A DNA stretch of 64,000 nt, taken from Bugula neritina (lineage: Eukaryota; Animalia; Bryozoa). This document shows, in pieces, positions 43,158 to 57,700 of this stretch. The number at the start of each line of letters is the position of its first letter. Position 1 is the stretch's first letter. The stretch covers positions 14,972,633 through 15,036,632 of the forward strand of contig OZ037769.1 of the NCBI GenBank assembly GCA_964035545.1. Direction: 5' to 3'. The position numbers and the translations under genes are program-made. Under the pieces are notes generated by a model, which was not told the origin of the DNA, ran no database searches, and worked only from the letters and a program-made list of their open reading frames with translations.

Positions 43158-44499
43158 ATCATCACCATAGCATGCTATAAGTGATACTTAGGTATTTAAC
43201 AAGTGATACTTAGGTACTTATAGTAAGTTTTTTTTGCAAAATTGTCTTGAATTTGCTTGAAACTAGGTTTTAAACAGATATTTATTGTTATTTTTATAGC
43301 AAATAATCTTTTTCTTTTAGTTAGGTGCATCCATAATTTAATTTAATGATGCAGCTTTGGCTATACTATTTAGTGTACTTGTGATTGTAAATGTAGATGT
43401 GGCAGGACATGAACTCTCACGACAATGTTGAGTGTTTCTACAAAAGTAGAATAACATGAAAATTTTTAGCTGCTCAAACAACTTAACCAAACAATACTAG
43501 CAACCTGCCACAATGCACTCCAGTTTGCTTGTTGTTTATAGTATCTAAACAAGTTTACTGTTAAATTATCGTTTATATATAATGATCACTTTGGCAAAAA
43601 CTGTGTTTCAATATTTGCTTATGAGTACCACATACATATATTCTGAAATTATATAATTAAGCTCGTTATCTTAATTTTGTGTATTTCAATATATACTGTA
43701 TATAATCAAACGTACTATCTAACTTTTATCTATATTCACTTTGACATTGGTTATATCATTCTGATGAACTATTAAACTTCTATTTTAAATCTAGAGCATA
43801 TAAATGGCATCATGATAGCCTGAACAATGTTGTCATTGTTTGTTGCTATAACTCTTATCACAGTAATCAAATTTATTGAAATAATGTTCGCTTAACTTTT
43901 ACCAACTATAATATTTAAATTGCATTTTTTAGTTTTTTCTGTTGAACAATACAATATATCTCAAGGTAATACTATTTAATTCAGTCATAGCCAGTTTAAG
44001 TGGAAGCTTCAGAGCAGCTGTAAACTGTCTGTTAAACATTCATATTCCACTATAGGTATGTTCGAGATTAATTTAATTTATATGTTAACTGAAACAGGTT
44101 TTTGATGATTGCAGCCATGCAATTGTGACCTCAGTTTGAAAATCTAGCAGACTAAAATCGATCAAAAAGTCCAATAACAATATGACTATAATATTTTAGT
44201 GATGTTCCCATCTGTGCATGTGTCGAGAATATAAATTTCTATGATTTGTCTCCCCTTGTGTAAGCAAAGTTAAAAATTTAATGAGCTGCTGCATTTGTTT
44301 ATATATCACAAAACGCATAGATGGTTTCATAGCCATCGTTAAGTGATGCCACAGCGTGCTACCCAACATGGGCTATTGGGAAATCCCAACACAACAACTG
44401 TGTATATATTATATAGTCATTGAAGCAGCTAAGAATTAACTTCATCAACGAAAAAAAGATTATTTTCAATTATTTTTAAAATTTTATTCATAGTATAAA

Positions 44500-45340
44500 T
44501 GTAATATTATGGTTGCAGATGAAGTAGATTATATTTTGTTAATGAACACGAGCAAGTATTGTATTTAGCATGACGATAATTTTATTCAAACTGAAGGTAA
44601 CCTTGACCTAATAAAAGCGTAACATTATAGCGAGTACATTATAATACAACACCTCCCTTTCTCAAGACAATAATAAAAGATGGGGAGACTACACAAAATT
44701 GTAATACAGCAGAAAACACACATTGGAAACTTATGGATAGTACACAGAGGCATTTTAGTACACTAGTGAAAACAAACACAGTGGTAATACAATACATAAT
44801 AAAATGAAAACAAACACAGCACATAGTCTATTTACAAATCCAAAATCTGTCTAGGTTTAATAGTTCTACCAAAACTAGATTTTTTAGTGACATTATTGTC
44901 ATCAGACAACTCAGTAGTTTGTAATGGCACTAGGTTTGTAACGTTGCGTCTGAGTGGAACACCATTAGTACGTTTAACAACAATTGATCGGGGGCCTTGC
45001 AGGGGAAGTACTAACAACTTTAGCATTCAGATTTAGATCACGCACATGAACTCTATCACCAGGATTTAACAATGGAGGGACCACAACTCGATGTCTCAAG
45101 TCAAATGTATCTTTGCTTTGGGCTCTAGCGTAAGCGTCTTTTTGCTTAACTCGTTCTACATCGGGCTGCTTTGGGGCCAACACTGATGGCATAGAAGGCA
45201 CCGTAGTGCGCAGTTTCCGACCCATCAACAACTCAGCTGGAGAGACACCATTTTCCAATGGTGAAGACCTATAAGCCATCAACCCTAAATACGGATCTTG
45301 TCCTTTCTTCAAAATGTTTTCAACAGTCTGCACCATTTCC
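44500..45340 (-). mobile_element. 5'-truncated Ty3/gypsy fragment: integrase C-terminus (frameshifted), PPT and ~152-bp 3' LTR (44500-44651)
   Basis: LMAYRSSPLENGVSPAELLMGRKLRT...PGDRVHVRD, then PRSIVV...LRRN...SSFGRTIKP in another frame. PPT GAGAAAGGGAGG precedes TGTTGTATTAT...ATAATATTACA, with AATAAA inside. Confidence 0.85.
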
Positions 45341-45354
45341 CTAAGGGTGTTTAT

Positions 45355-45670
45355 AGCAGGCTATGCGCTAGGTATTTATACCAAGTTCTTTAAGTTTGCA
45401 AAATTGCATTGAACTTGCTTAAAATTGGGTTTTAAAATCATATTTATTGTGAGCACAAAAAATAGAATAACAAGAAAAGTTCCAGCTGCTCAAGTCAATT
45501 AACTAAACAGTATTAGCACCTGCCACAATGCACTTCAGTTTGTCTGTTGTATAGTATCTTAATGAGTTTATTGGTAAATTACTGTATATACATAAGAAGC
45601 TGTATAGCAAAGATTGTTTTTGTTATATTATACTAATAAGTAACAAACAAATCTGAAATTATATAGGCTT
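45355..45670 (+). repeat. Third, more diverged relic of the CLCA 3' UTR/flank
   Basis: TTTGCAAAATTGC-TTGAA, CCAGCTGCTCAA and CCTGCCACAATGCACT-CAGTTTG blocks match ~27715-28050 and ~43233-43570. Confidence 0.7.
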
Positions 45671-46283
45671 AGTATTATAATTCTTTATATTTCTATGTAT
45701 TTCATAGCAAAGGTTTATTTCAACTATGACTATTACTTTTCACCTAAAATGAAATTATTTATAATAGACAAAATGAGAAAAGAAAAATCAAACATATCAC
45801 TGACCTATAATAGAAGGTAGAAGGAAGAAATTCGAAAAATTGTATAGTTTTTTATTCTAAGAATTCCAAAGCAATGTTAAGTAATTCTGCAAAACTAGCC
45901 AGGTATCCGAAGAGCAAAAGTCTTTCAAATGCTGTTCTCAAACCTATGAAGGATTTACATCTAGGTTTATCGTGTCAAGTAATTAGTCCAATATTAGAGT
46001 CACTGCTGCACACTCAAGCAATCTGCTTGACAACAGAGGGAATATGAGCATCTTTAATCTATAGATTTGACTAACTCAATAAAATTGAATACAACCAGTT
46101 GGCAAAAGTAGACACAAACCTTTATATATGTTCATATATTTGCTAATTTGATATACTTTTTTACAAGTATAGAGTGTTAAACAGTGGTTTAGCTTTTCAA
46201 TTGTTAATTTGCTTTTCATGTAGTCACGATCTGTGATATGACATTTCAAATGCTGTGAAATTTTCAGACTATGAGAACATATC

Positions 46284-46749
46284 CATACCAACAGATACAT
46301 AGATACATATATAAATACACAGCACATACGCACATACATAAATACACAGCACATACATACATACATACACAGCACATACGCACATACATACATACATAAA
46401 TACACAGCACATACATACATACATACACAGCACATACGCACATACATACATACATACATACATACATACACACATACATACATACATACATACACACATA
46501 CATACACACATACACACACATACACACACACACACACATACACACATACACACACACACATACACACATACATACATACATACACACACACATACATACA
46601 CACATACACACACATACATACACACACGCACACATACACACATACACACATACACACATACACACACACATACACACACATACACACACATATACACACA
46701 CATATACACACATACACATACACACATACACACATACACACATACACAC

Positions 46750-46793
<44 letters not shown>

Positions 46794-46890
46794 ACATACA
46801 CACATACACACATACACACATACACACATACACACATACACACATACACACACACACACACACGCACACACACACACACACACGCACACA
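46284..46890. repeat. Long compound (CA)/(TACA) microsatellite
   Basis: Seen directly. Confidence 0.97.
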
Positions 46891-49800
46891 AGTTTAAGCA
46901 AATGATAAATACAATGAGGTTGATATTTTTTAAAAGGATATAAGAACCAACAGGTTTTATGAAATTATGGTTCCTGTTACAACTTGAGTATATACATAAT
47001 ATTATTCAGCTCTTAAAAGTCATAATTAATATAACCACCAATTAGATGCTTTATTAAAGTCTATTGGAAGTTAGGTTCTTTTGTAGTGGCAGGTTGTTGT
47101 CCATTCATGCAGTAATGGCCAATCCATGGGTTTATGTGATCAATTACCAGAAGCAATAGAGCTTGACAATAGAATCTAGCTACATATCTACTGTGGCTAT
47201 ATCAATGGCATTACAATAAAACTCTAGTGGCTCTTGCACTTTTTTCTTGCTGGCAAGTAAAGTGAAGTAAAGTACAGTGAATGGCATAAAGACTTTTATT
47301 AAACATAATATAATCGTTTGCTATTTTTACTTATTTATGGTACACAAATTTCTTAATAGGCTCATAATGCTTATGAGAGCTTAACATGGTGAGATATTTA
47401 TTTGAACTTTTTATAATAATGTTTACAGTGTATTTACAAATTATGCACAAAAGCCAACTATAGTTGAAGATTTTAAGTGCATGCTTTAAAGTATAGGATC
47501 TTTCAGGCTTCAACAGTTATAACTGTGTCACATTGTGATTTATTTGTAAGCTACTTAACGTAATATAACATGGTTTATAGTGTGGCGATTATATTAACAA
47601 ACAAAGTGATTTGACTCATGACATTTGAGCAATTTATAAGCATTATGCATGGTTGACTAGGTATCTCTTGGTTACTAGGTACCTCTTGGCTATCAAGAGA
47701 GTTAGAGTAAATTGGCATCAATACAAGGGACTGTCGTTTACTAGGAACTAGCCTGTCTATAGCAGCTGTGAACTCATGGCTGTAGCATAGAGCTGTCATT
47801 AAGATAATCGACAGTCGGTGAAGCTGGTTCGTATATAACTACATATATAAGTAAGGAACCAACAATCATTTGCATGGAGTACTTATACAGATAAATAATC
47901 TCTGACTCCAATGATTGTGTGTATTTCAAAATTTGCGTCTTCAGTCTTATATACATAAGATTGGTTTTTAGCGCAGATAATTAGAAAGTTGGTTATAGAA
48001 AATAGTTGAATTAGTTATATATATATTTGCAGATTGTTGGGCAAGCCTAAAATGTGTGCCACAATGGCGTCACATAATATATACTCGTAGTAGAAATAGG
48101 TTTAATGAAGAAATCAGTTTTTTAATTTTACTTGTGGTGATGTTAAAACCGATCATAGTGAGATATTACAATTCATGAGATTTATTTATTGAAAAACTTA
48201 ATGATGACGTTCATAGTGACACTTTAACTCCTTATTTGCAAACTCATTCTGAAAAGAGTGAGACTGCTTACTTAATATATTCGAGCTGAGATAGCGATTT
48301 TATCTCAAGCATGTGATGTTATAGACTACAGTAGTTAGAAACTTTGCCACATATGCTAAGAAACAATAGGGAATATGTGTTGATTTTAGTAGCTATTTTA
48401 GATAACTTTAAAAAGAAGTATGCTATTGCTATTACATAACTATACTAAAAATATATATGTGTCAATATTTTAGTCATGGGCAGTATTACAGCTTCAAAAG
48501 TAACTAAGGACGAAGGGTATTCCTGAGTCATAGTTATAGCGTCTTTTCTCTCTCACTTTTCAAATATTGGGTTCAGTTTCGGAATTGCCGGAAACTTGAC
48601 GGTTGCTCACTAAAAGTTCTTCAAAGTAGATCTTCAGGAAGCAAGCATTGTTGGAAGTGTGCATGTTTGTACACTATTTTTATTTGGTGAGAAAGACTTG
48701 TCATCATGATTAATTCTAAACTTGAAAATAACGCTTTAAAAATACAAATCCAATGAATTATTTATAATTTTTGCTTATCTTAGTGTTACAATGGGTCAAC
48801 TATAGAGAGCGTATGTCTTGCTGTACAATAATAGCTAGAATTATTAGTAGGTCTTTGTGAATCATAAACTTCCTTTTTATTGTCATAGTTAACATCTATA
48901 TAATTATGATGTTTGTGTAGGTCCTGCTAAAGAGTCAGCTTATTATAGTTGCTATAGATCCCACAGCGTTAAAATTTTATATTTTTTCTGTAGTTGCACT
49001 AATTGTAAATCAACCGTGCACATACACCAAAAGTCAGTATATACAATCTCATCACATAACATTTCACATGCCATTATATAACACATAAATATGATATAAA
49101 GTCTACAGGATTAAAATTGCTGTAATAATTAGGCTTCAGATTATATTTATGAATTTTTCACTCCACGTTCTGCCAGTTGATTAAATTACTATATAGGCCA
49201 GAAAGGCGCAAAGGTTGTCTTTCAACTTTATTTTCCTTATATAACAGACCAACCGTGAAACTTTGTGAGTCTATGCCTAGTAGTAGGATACTTATTACCA
49301 GTTTCCATCTACACTTGCTTGCTATAAATAACTATATAAATAGCTATGATAGCTAACAGTAGCTAGTTATACAGCTGAGTCAAGCTAGCTACAAAATTAG
49401 GTTAGTAATAAAAACCAGTGGCAAAATGGGCACAAACCTGAGCCCAGGTGAAGTGCAGTCCCCAAGCCCAGTGTAGTGCAAAAAAGAACTTTATAATGTT
49501 CATTAAATTATGTTTCAGCATGCATGAAATATAGGTATTGCCAAAATGAGTACATGTGCTCTTAATTTTCTGTAAACGATATGTTTTTATATATTTCTGC
49601 AGGCCCAGTGACTTCAGTTTTTGTAAGAAAATTGGGTTGTCGGTTCACAAAGATGTTTGGGGGTTTTCTTCTCATAGCTGGAGTTGGCCTCTCTGTTTTC
49701 TCTAGAGAAATATGGCATGCCATTGTTCTCTATGGTTTCTTAGCGGGTAAGAAAAATTAGTATGCTATATTTAATTTTAATGTGAATAATTTACGTGTTG

Positions 49801-49991
49801 TGCTTTAATTATTGAGAGGGTATTTATAATCAAAGACTGAACTGAGTACATGTGAACTAATGGCAAAGTTTTTGGTTTATAAATAATAGTCATTAGTTAG
49901 TAATTGTGACAGGTTGAGATCAGTCAACGGTAACATAAGATGATAAGTTCTTCATAGAGTTTAAAGATCTTGGGTTTCGGAGAAAGCAAGG

Positions 49992-50202
<211 letters not shown>

Positions 50203-52767
50203 CAGTTTTGAAAAAAATCTAAGTTGTCATTTACTATTCTTTGTTTTAGGCACTGGTGTATCTTGCAGCTACACCGCAAGTTCACAAATCCTAGCTGTTT
50301 ATTTTGACCGGCTGAAATATCTAGCATTTTCATTAGCAATATTTGGTTTTTACATTGGAATGGTGACATGGCCGTTACTCTCTGAATTTCTATTCACGAA
50401 ATTTGGATATTCTTATGCTATGGCCATCATGGCAAGCGCTCATCTACTGCATTTATTAGCAGGAATATCTTTTCTGGAGCCAAGGGAAGATTCACACAAA
50501 GGTAAAAGATAATTTTGCATTTTATTCTAATGCACTAGATTGAGAATGAAAGTTTGACACTAAACGCAGCAACTAAAGTGCTAATTATATCCAAACTAGT
50601 TATAAATACTAGTTTCCTCTTACAACATATGCTTCATACATAGAAATTTATAACACTTATTTGCTACTTTCTCTAATTATTAGTGATTTTTGACATGTAT
50701 TAGGATTAACCCTTTTGCGATCAACTTTAAAGTCACGTAGGGGAAACCTGGGTGATATGGGCCACTTAAGCCCACAGCCCATACTGACTATGGTTGATTG
50801 AAAATTAGTAATTCAACATTTCACCAGCAAAAAACTGCTTGTTTTTTGCATTTTTGGATTTATGCTTTATATTATTTGCAAAAAAAGGTTTTCGTATAAC
50901 TAAATGCAACGTCATTTATAATATGTCATTATAACCAAAGTTGAAGGTTGAAAATAATGACCACTTAAAATATAACCGCCGCAAGTTTTTGCAACAATAC
51001 TTTGCTGTTTTTGCAGAAGAAATCAATGACACTAAAATGGTCACGAGAAAAAGCTCTGAATTTGAAAATGTGAGTATGAATAATTTAGCTATGAAATATT
51101 GCAAGATGAAGCCTAATTATGATATGACAGAAGTTAATCAATGTGAGAAATTTAAAATCAATGAACTTGTGCAACACTTTTACAAGAAAAGACAAGCCTT
51201 CTGTGCAGGATGTGATAATAATAAGACGGTGCGTATTTCTGAAAATACGGGAAACTTAGCTATAAGTAATTTTGTTAGCTATACATACTGTGTCATTTTA
51301 CTTGCAGGAAGATATAGCAAAGAAAAATGTTTCTGAATTGTTTGAAAGTGATGAAATATGTCCAGAAGAGACTGATGAATCATCCCATGAGAGTCTAAAA
51401 ACTACTTTCTTCAACTTGCTTAAATCTTGGAAAGTAAATTATATATACAAGCAATTATAAATTTATCAATATATAGAAGTTGAGCATCGACTTAGAATTA
51501 GACCATATGGCGTTTGCTTCTTATTAGCTATGTCATTTGTTTTTTTTTCGTGTAGTAATAAAAATAATTCATTAAAAGCAAAACATTTTATATAAAACTT
51601 GAGGTAATATTTTTTGAACTAGACTTTATATAAAAGTTCATTTGTTATTGATTTTAACGTCAGAAATGTGTATATATGAGAGTTCTGACTGTGTTTTGCT
51701 AAAAAATTCCTTTTAATTTTTAACTATTGTCACCACTAGGAAAACCAAATGGGCTCAAAGTTTTTTCAAACTATTTGAAAATTGCTGCTTCTGTGCTTTA
51801 GGTACGACTCTTGATGCTAAGCGGAATGCTTTGGTCAAGTAATGACTCCGGTTTTCTAATCTTGGTGAACAGCTATGTTATTCATGACACTGAGATGAAT
51901 GCCAACGAAGCAGCTTTTGGAGTAACTGTAACAGGTGGAGAAATAAAATTAATATTTCTAGTTTTCCGTTCAAAATAAATAATTTGTTATTAATTTCTAA
52001 ATATTTCTATAGAAAGTCAATAAATTCAGATTTTTCACCTTCTATTTTTTTCATATAGCTAAAACTAATTATTTACTAGCTTTTAATTGCTATAAGTTCT
52101 TCAAATTATTCAGAACATCTAAAAAGCAAAAAAGTTGTTTTTGATGACTATATTTATATAGAACATTAAAATATGTATAGAAAGTTGTTTCTAATTACCT
52201 ACGACTGTGGTAGCCTAAGTGTTTGATATGTATGGTAGCTATCTGTACTACTTTTAATTTAATAAGTAATACATGACTACTGTATATTCTTACTTTTATT
52301 AGCCAGTGAGATTATAGTGCAAGTTTTTATAGGTTTATTAATGGTTTTATTCGGTTTTGGTTATTGCAGGATTGGCGAACATGGTCGGGTGTCTCTCAGT
52401 AGCACTCACCAGCTCTCTAAAGTTTAACAGATTTATTCTCTACTGCTGTGCTATGATCTTCTTTGGAGCAGCTGCTATTGCGACATCTTTCTCTAGTAGC
52501 AAAGTATAACTATCATTATCCAAAGTATTATGGTTAACTTAAATGTCTCACGTACTTGAGACCAGTAAAAGTTTGGTTAAACTAATAATTTACCAGACTC
52601 TAGTTTATATGAGCTCTGGCAGTTATTTGGTATTGCAATGGATAAACTGAAACTGTTTATAAGAGTTTTTAAATGGATGACTTGGTGTGCAAAACTCACT
52701 CACTCACCCAAGTTTATAGTTGCTATTCCAGTGAGAAACTCTTGCCAGAAAATATTTTTATTAGAAC

Positions 52768-52912
52768 GGGCTAAGGACTTTTTCAGATGAAGCACAGGAG
52801 CAGTTATGACTGGATGCTCTTCTTAACATCACCAATGGCCTTTGTTGGGGTTTGAACCCATGACTTCGTGCTAATAAAACAAATACTCTAACCCTTAGAC
52901 TACAGCTGCTCC
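52768..52912 (-). mobile_element. tRNA-derived SINE copy
   Basis: Reverse complement GGAGCAGCTGTAGTCTAAGGGTTAG...GGTTCAAACCCC...GCATCCAGTCATAA. Confidence 0.75.
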
Positions 52913-54298
52913 ATGGGCAGACTTAGTATATGAGGCAGCATAATTAAAATTAAAACTAATTACGATGCTTTCAATACACATCTTTGGAAACAGATAAAAT
53001 GCGACTGGCGAGAAATAAAAGCTTGCACTTTTTAGTTCTAGAGCCGGTTCGCATGTATCATAGTTACATGTTGTACTTTTAGGAAATGTATTATGGCTTA
53101 TTAGCATGCTGGGGGTTAGGAGAGAGTGTTATTATAGCATGTCTACTTGGAGTAGTCAGTGATTTGTGTTCTGTCAGTCAAATACCAATTCTGCTTGGAC
53201 TGGAGTTAATGGCCGAGGGTATAGGAGGAATAACTCTGGTGCCTCTAGCTGGTGGGTGCCTAACCATAAAAATTTATTCTTTACCATTGTCACTTTATAC
53301 CCAAAGTTCAAAATTTCTATATACATATGTGTGTGTGTGTGTGCGTGTGTGTGTGTGTGTGTGTGTGCGCGTGTGCGTGTGCGTGCGATCGAGCGAGTGA
53401 GTGAGTACGTGCGTACATGTGTGTATATACATATACCTAACAACGGCTTATTCTGTGCTTTAGCTAAAATAGGAGAAACCACTGATGAAAGATATGGAAT
53501 AATATTTGTTGGTTGCTGTGGACTTTTAGGAGCTCTGGCTATACTTCCTGTAGTTATATTTAACACTGTCAAAGAAAGAAAGGGGTATTCAAACTTACTT
53601 TAAGTCCTCTCCACCTGTTTAATATTGAATAACGTAGTTTTTTATAGTTTTGTAAGTTTTCATAACTCCTAACAATGCTCTGTTTACAATCTGAATTGCC
53701 CTTATGATATTTTTTTTTCTAAGCTGGCTACATTGTTTTGCAACTTGATAATTATTTTTTCAGAAGGTTTTAAAATTTTACTTCCCTAATTGATGCAATA
53801 ATGTATACATTTAAAGTTGAACAATTTGATGGCAGAAAGACACTATGCAACGAAATATAAATGTTCATTATTGTTGGTAAAAACAACCTAGCATGTCATA
53901 TGCGTGCATTTTACTTTATTTTACCTGCTGTGCATTCTCTTCAAACTAAAAGCTGAGCTATAATTGCATAGTTTATGTAAATGTAATGCACCTTATGTTG
54001 TATGTTATATTATTTCATTCACAAAATATATAAGTGTCAACAATTTGTTTAGCCTGTGAACCAGTGTCAGTGTCATATTATATTCTAGCTGCCCAATTTC
54101 TTCCCATATTTTAACATTTTTGCTATCGGTTTAGAAAAATTATTTAAGTTCAACTGTAATTGACATTGGCGACAGTTTTTGAATTACTTTTTCAAAAAAC
54201 AACTTTATACTTTTTGAAAACAATTGTATGATTAAAGATGGTGATGTTGTAAAAGTTATCATGGTATTCAAAGAGCAAAGGCCTTTCAAATGTTGTTC

Positions 54299-54665
54299 TC
54301 ACTGTTTCCTCACACTCTTGACTACAATTGGTAAGATCACCAAGGCACTCACAACTCCGCAACAGCCGAGAAAAATGATTCCATATCTTTCACCAGCAGT
54401 CTGAGCAATGTATGCTAAAACAAATATACAAATATGTTTTATAGCCTGTACTGTTTATATGTTTTTGTGTTTTAGTTCTTATATAACATAATGAGTGTGT
54501 GTGTGTGTGTGCGTGTGTGCGTGTGTGCGTGTGTGCGTGTGTGCGTGTGTGCGTGTGTGCTTGTGTGCGTGTGTGCGTGTGTGCGTGTGTGCGTGTGTGC
54601 TTGTGTGCGTGTGTGTGTGTGTGTGTGTGCGTGTGTGTGCGTGTGTGCGTGTGTGCGTGTGTGCG

Positions 54666-54703
<38 letters not shown>

Positions 54704-57700
54704 ATGGATATAAACGAAATAATTCTTACCACCCAGAGGAACGAGTAAGGTTCCGCCCACTCCTTTCAAGAAGCACTTCATACCAAACAGTAGAGGAAAC
54801 TGCTTCTCTGTACATAAATCACTCACAAAACCCACGTGACTCGCTGTAGCAACGCCATTTGTCAGTCCCCAAAGTGGCATTAGGATGTAGTAGGTTGTCT
54901 GTTTTCATAACAGAAAAAAATTTACTTATGCTCTTACTAATTGATGAAATAATGTTTTCAACACATAAAATTATATACTAACTATGTTTCCAACATTGTT
55001 GAATGTTTTTAACCCTGTTAAGCCCAGGCCAAAAAAGGCATTAGCCAAAATAGATGCAGCCATTTTCAGATTTTCAAAGATCTATTATTAGGTTCTCTAC
55101 AATCAAAAACTAGTAAAAATAATATAATCAGAAAGCAGTCTAAATTCTTAAAGGAAAGGTCAAAGTCAATTTAAATTCTTTATTTGGTTTGATATAGTTT
55201 GTCAAATGTACTAAAAATGAAGGTGTCCAGTTTTCTAGCTCTGCTTTTTATCTTGCTAGTACAAGGGCTGCGCCTTGTAAATATTTAGTTTTATTATCTG
55301 GGTAACATGCGTAAATTATATTTTATGTGAATGAATTATAAAAATGAGTTTCAGAATTGATTGAAATGCCAATTTCAATCAATACAACATTGATCTGAAA
55401 TTTGGAAGAATTTTTACCTCTAACGCCCAGTGTAGCACCGGCACTAAATGACTTTTTGAAAGCCTGAATATTGCTGCTAAGTCAAATTAAGCAATTAGCA
55501 CTTAGTGCACATTTTGAATAACAATTTTACTATTGGTTTATGTAACAAAAATCTAAAATCATTTCTGTCCTGAAAAAATTGAACAAAATAATGCAACTCC
55601 AAATATGTGTTTTGCAAACTAGGTGAACTTCAAATTCTAAACTTGATGCTATACTCATACAGATTGACTAATTAGATAAAAAATGGTACGTATGTGTAAA
55701 ACATGCCTGAAATTTAACTTTACAGATGTATTTTATAACTTTTTATCATTTCGATTATAATCATTAGACATGCATTGAAAGTTGATGTAGCATATATGCT
55801 ACACCGTGCCTAACAGGGTTAAACCGCAAAAACATGTTCTGGTTATAGGAACGCCATATGGGAGTTAGATACGCTTTTGTTATCTTACCTTGTCAATGGT
55901 AAAAGCTGTAATTAGAGTTAGGATACCAGTGAGTGCAAACACAGAGAAATAGAGAATAAATCTGTTGAACTTGAGTGATCCCGTCACAACCATACTAAAG
56001 CAAGCAACCACACCTCCAATTCCTAAATGGAAATGTACCAAATGAGTGTAGATTTTTGAAAAGGTCATGTGGGCTACAGAGTGTGCTTTTTAAAAAATAG
56101 GTTTTGTATAAAATTTGAATACGCTTATAGTTTTATTGAGCAAATTTATTTTGTAATTAAATTAAAATAGCATTGCATAGATGAAAGCATACTTTGTTAG
56201 GCTGTATTTCAAAGTGAATATTGTTTTCAATTCATCAATACATATATAGATTTTTATTGTAATTGCTTAGAAATAATCTATTATACTATATCTTGCAATT
56301 ATAATTGATATAAGCAATTTGTAAAATAATTCGAGGCTTTTAAGCTACTGTCAGCTTTTGAGCAACTATATTTGCTTAGAACTTTATGCCTTAAATTATA
56401 TATATTTTGTTTTATGTGCTGTTAGTAATTTCTTCGTGCTAAATACATTGAGTACAAAATATCATTAGGGATGAGAAAGTTTTTTATAATAAATTCTTAC
56501 TCAGATTTTCTTAAAGATTATGTAATCTTGTAGCTTTTTTATCTTATTATGTGTAATATGACAATTTTCATGTATGAAAAAGTTACTAACTTGTCTTTGT
56601 GAGTCAGCAAACGCAATGCACCTTACAACTGGCTCTTTAGTGCAGCTATTAAGTGCTTTAAACATTCTTACCCAATAGTGTGATGCCAAATGCTGCTTCA
56701 TATTCGTTAACATTGTCAGCATTGTAGAGAATGTAGTCATTGATTAGAACGAAGAATCCCACATCAACCACGGCCCAAAACATTCCACTTATCAAAATCA
56801 TCCAGACCTGTTTTAATAAAATAACAAAGCTGATCAATAAAGAATTTTGTCTATTGTAGTGTTTTTTTTTTCTATCAAATAATAAATATTTTGACTGAAA
56901 TAAGTTTTCACCACTTCTAATGCAGTCAGTACAGAGTAAAATTTTTAGAGGTACTATAAAATTTATAAAACCATTGCATGTCACTAACTAACCATGTGCC
57001 AGGAAACCCATATCTAGAGTTAAAAGTTTACTGAATAAAAAATATGTAAAAGCAGTTTTCAAGTTAACACAAAGCTTAAAGAATCCCTGACAGAGATGGC
57101 TTGAAAGTTTGAAAGTTAAACTTTCAAGCCATATCAGTGATTATGCTGTGCAGTGCAGCAGCTACAACAATAGCATGTAATAAGAGTTAGCTATAACTAG
57201 TATAAGTTTTATAGTATCAGTAAAGTCAGAGCTGACTGAAAATTTCATTTCCATGCAATCAGAAATCCCGAATCATTTCAGTACATACTTGCACAAGATT
57301 CATTATAAAACAAAATTTTTTAGTCATTCAACCTTAAAACAGTATGCAAATGAAAACTAACATATGTAAGAATATTTTAGTACTGCATAAGTGAAGTGTG
57401 TCAGGGATTCTTTAAAGAAAGTGTATATACATATAATTATTAAAACAAAATCTAATATAAATTTGATTTTTGTTTTTGATACGGAATTCAAATTTTTAGA
57501 AAGTAAAATAATACATAATGTATATTATATCAATCAATACTTATGCCTTATGTTCAGTAACTTTTCATGCAAATATTTATAGAAAATTGCACATATATTT
57601 TTACAAAAGCGAATATTTATTATTCTACTTTTGGTAGTATTAGCAACTCTTTGAATTCTTGTTTTAGATTTTTTTCCTGCACATTTTCTGTTTTCTCTTC

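Larger units (their letters stand above)
29950..44480 (+). repeat. Second unit of a tandem segmental duplication (first unit ~5447-29949)
   Basis: Collinear upstream, intron, exon and 3' flank similarity, e.g. CATGTGGATCCTTTTGCTTTA at ~5460 and ~29963; AAGAATTAACTTCAT at ~29070 and ~44431. Confidence 0.92.

Noticed and set aside
29950-44480. Second CLCA as an uncollapsed haplotype artefact
   Set aside because: Extensive intron divergence, copy-specific insertions, a specific junction with a decayed SLC16 relic and a third relic all argue for a real tandem duplication; long-read confirmation is still advisable.
46076-46901. 200-270 aa Cys/Val/Met-rich ORFs (also near 17520, 29460, 41639, 54491)
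   Set aside because: Translations of CA/GT microsatellites; not metallothionein-like proteins.
48524-48526. In-frame TGA as selenocysteine or alternative genetic code
   Set aside because: It aligns with Trp rather than Cys, a second TAA stop follows, and other genes in the window use TGG for Trp and TGA/TAA/TAG as stops.
50706-50790. TTAACCC and GGGGAAACCTGGG possible transposon ends
   Set aside because: No matching opposite termini found by eye.
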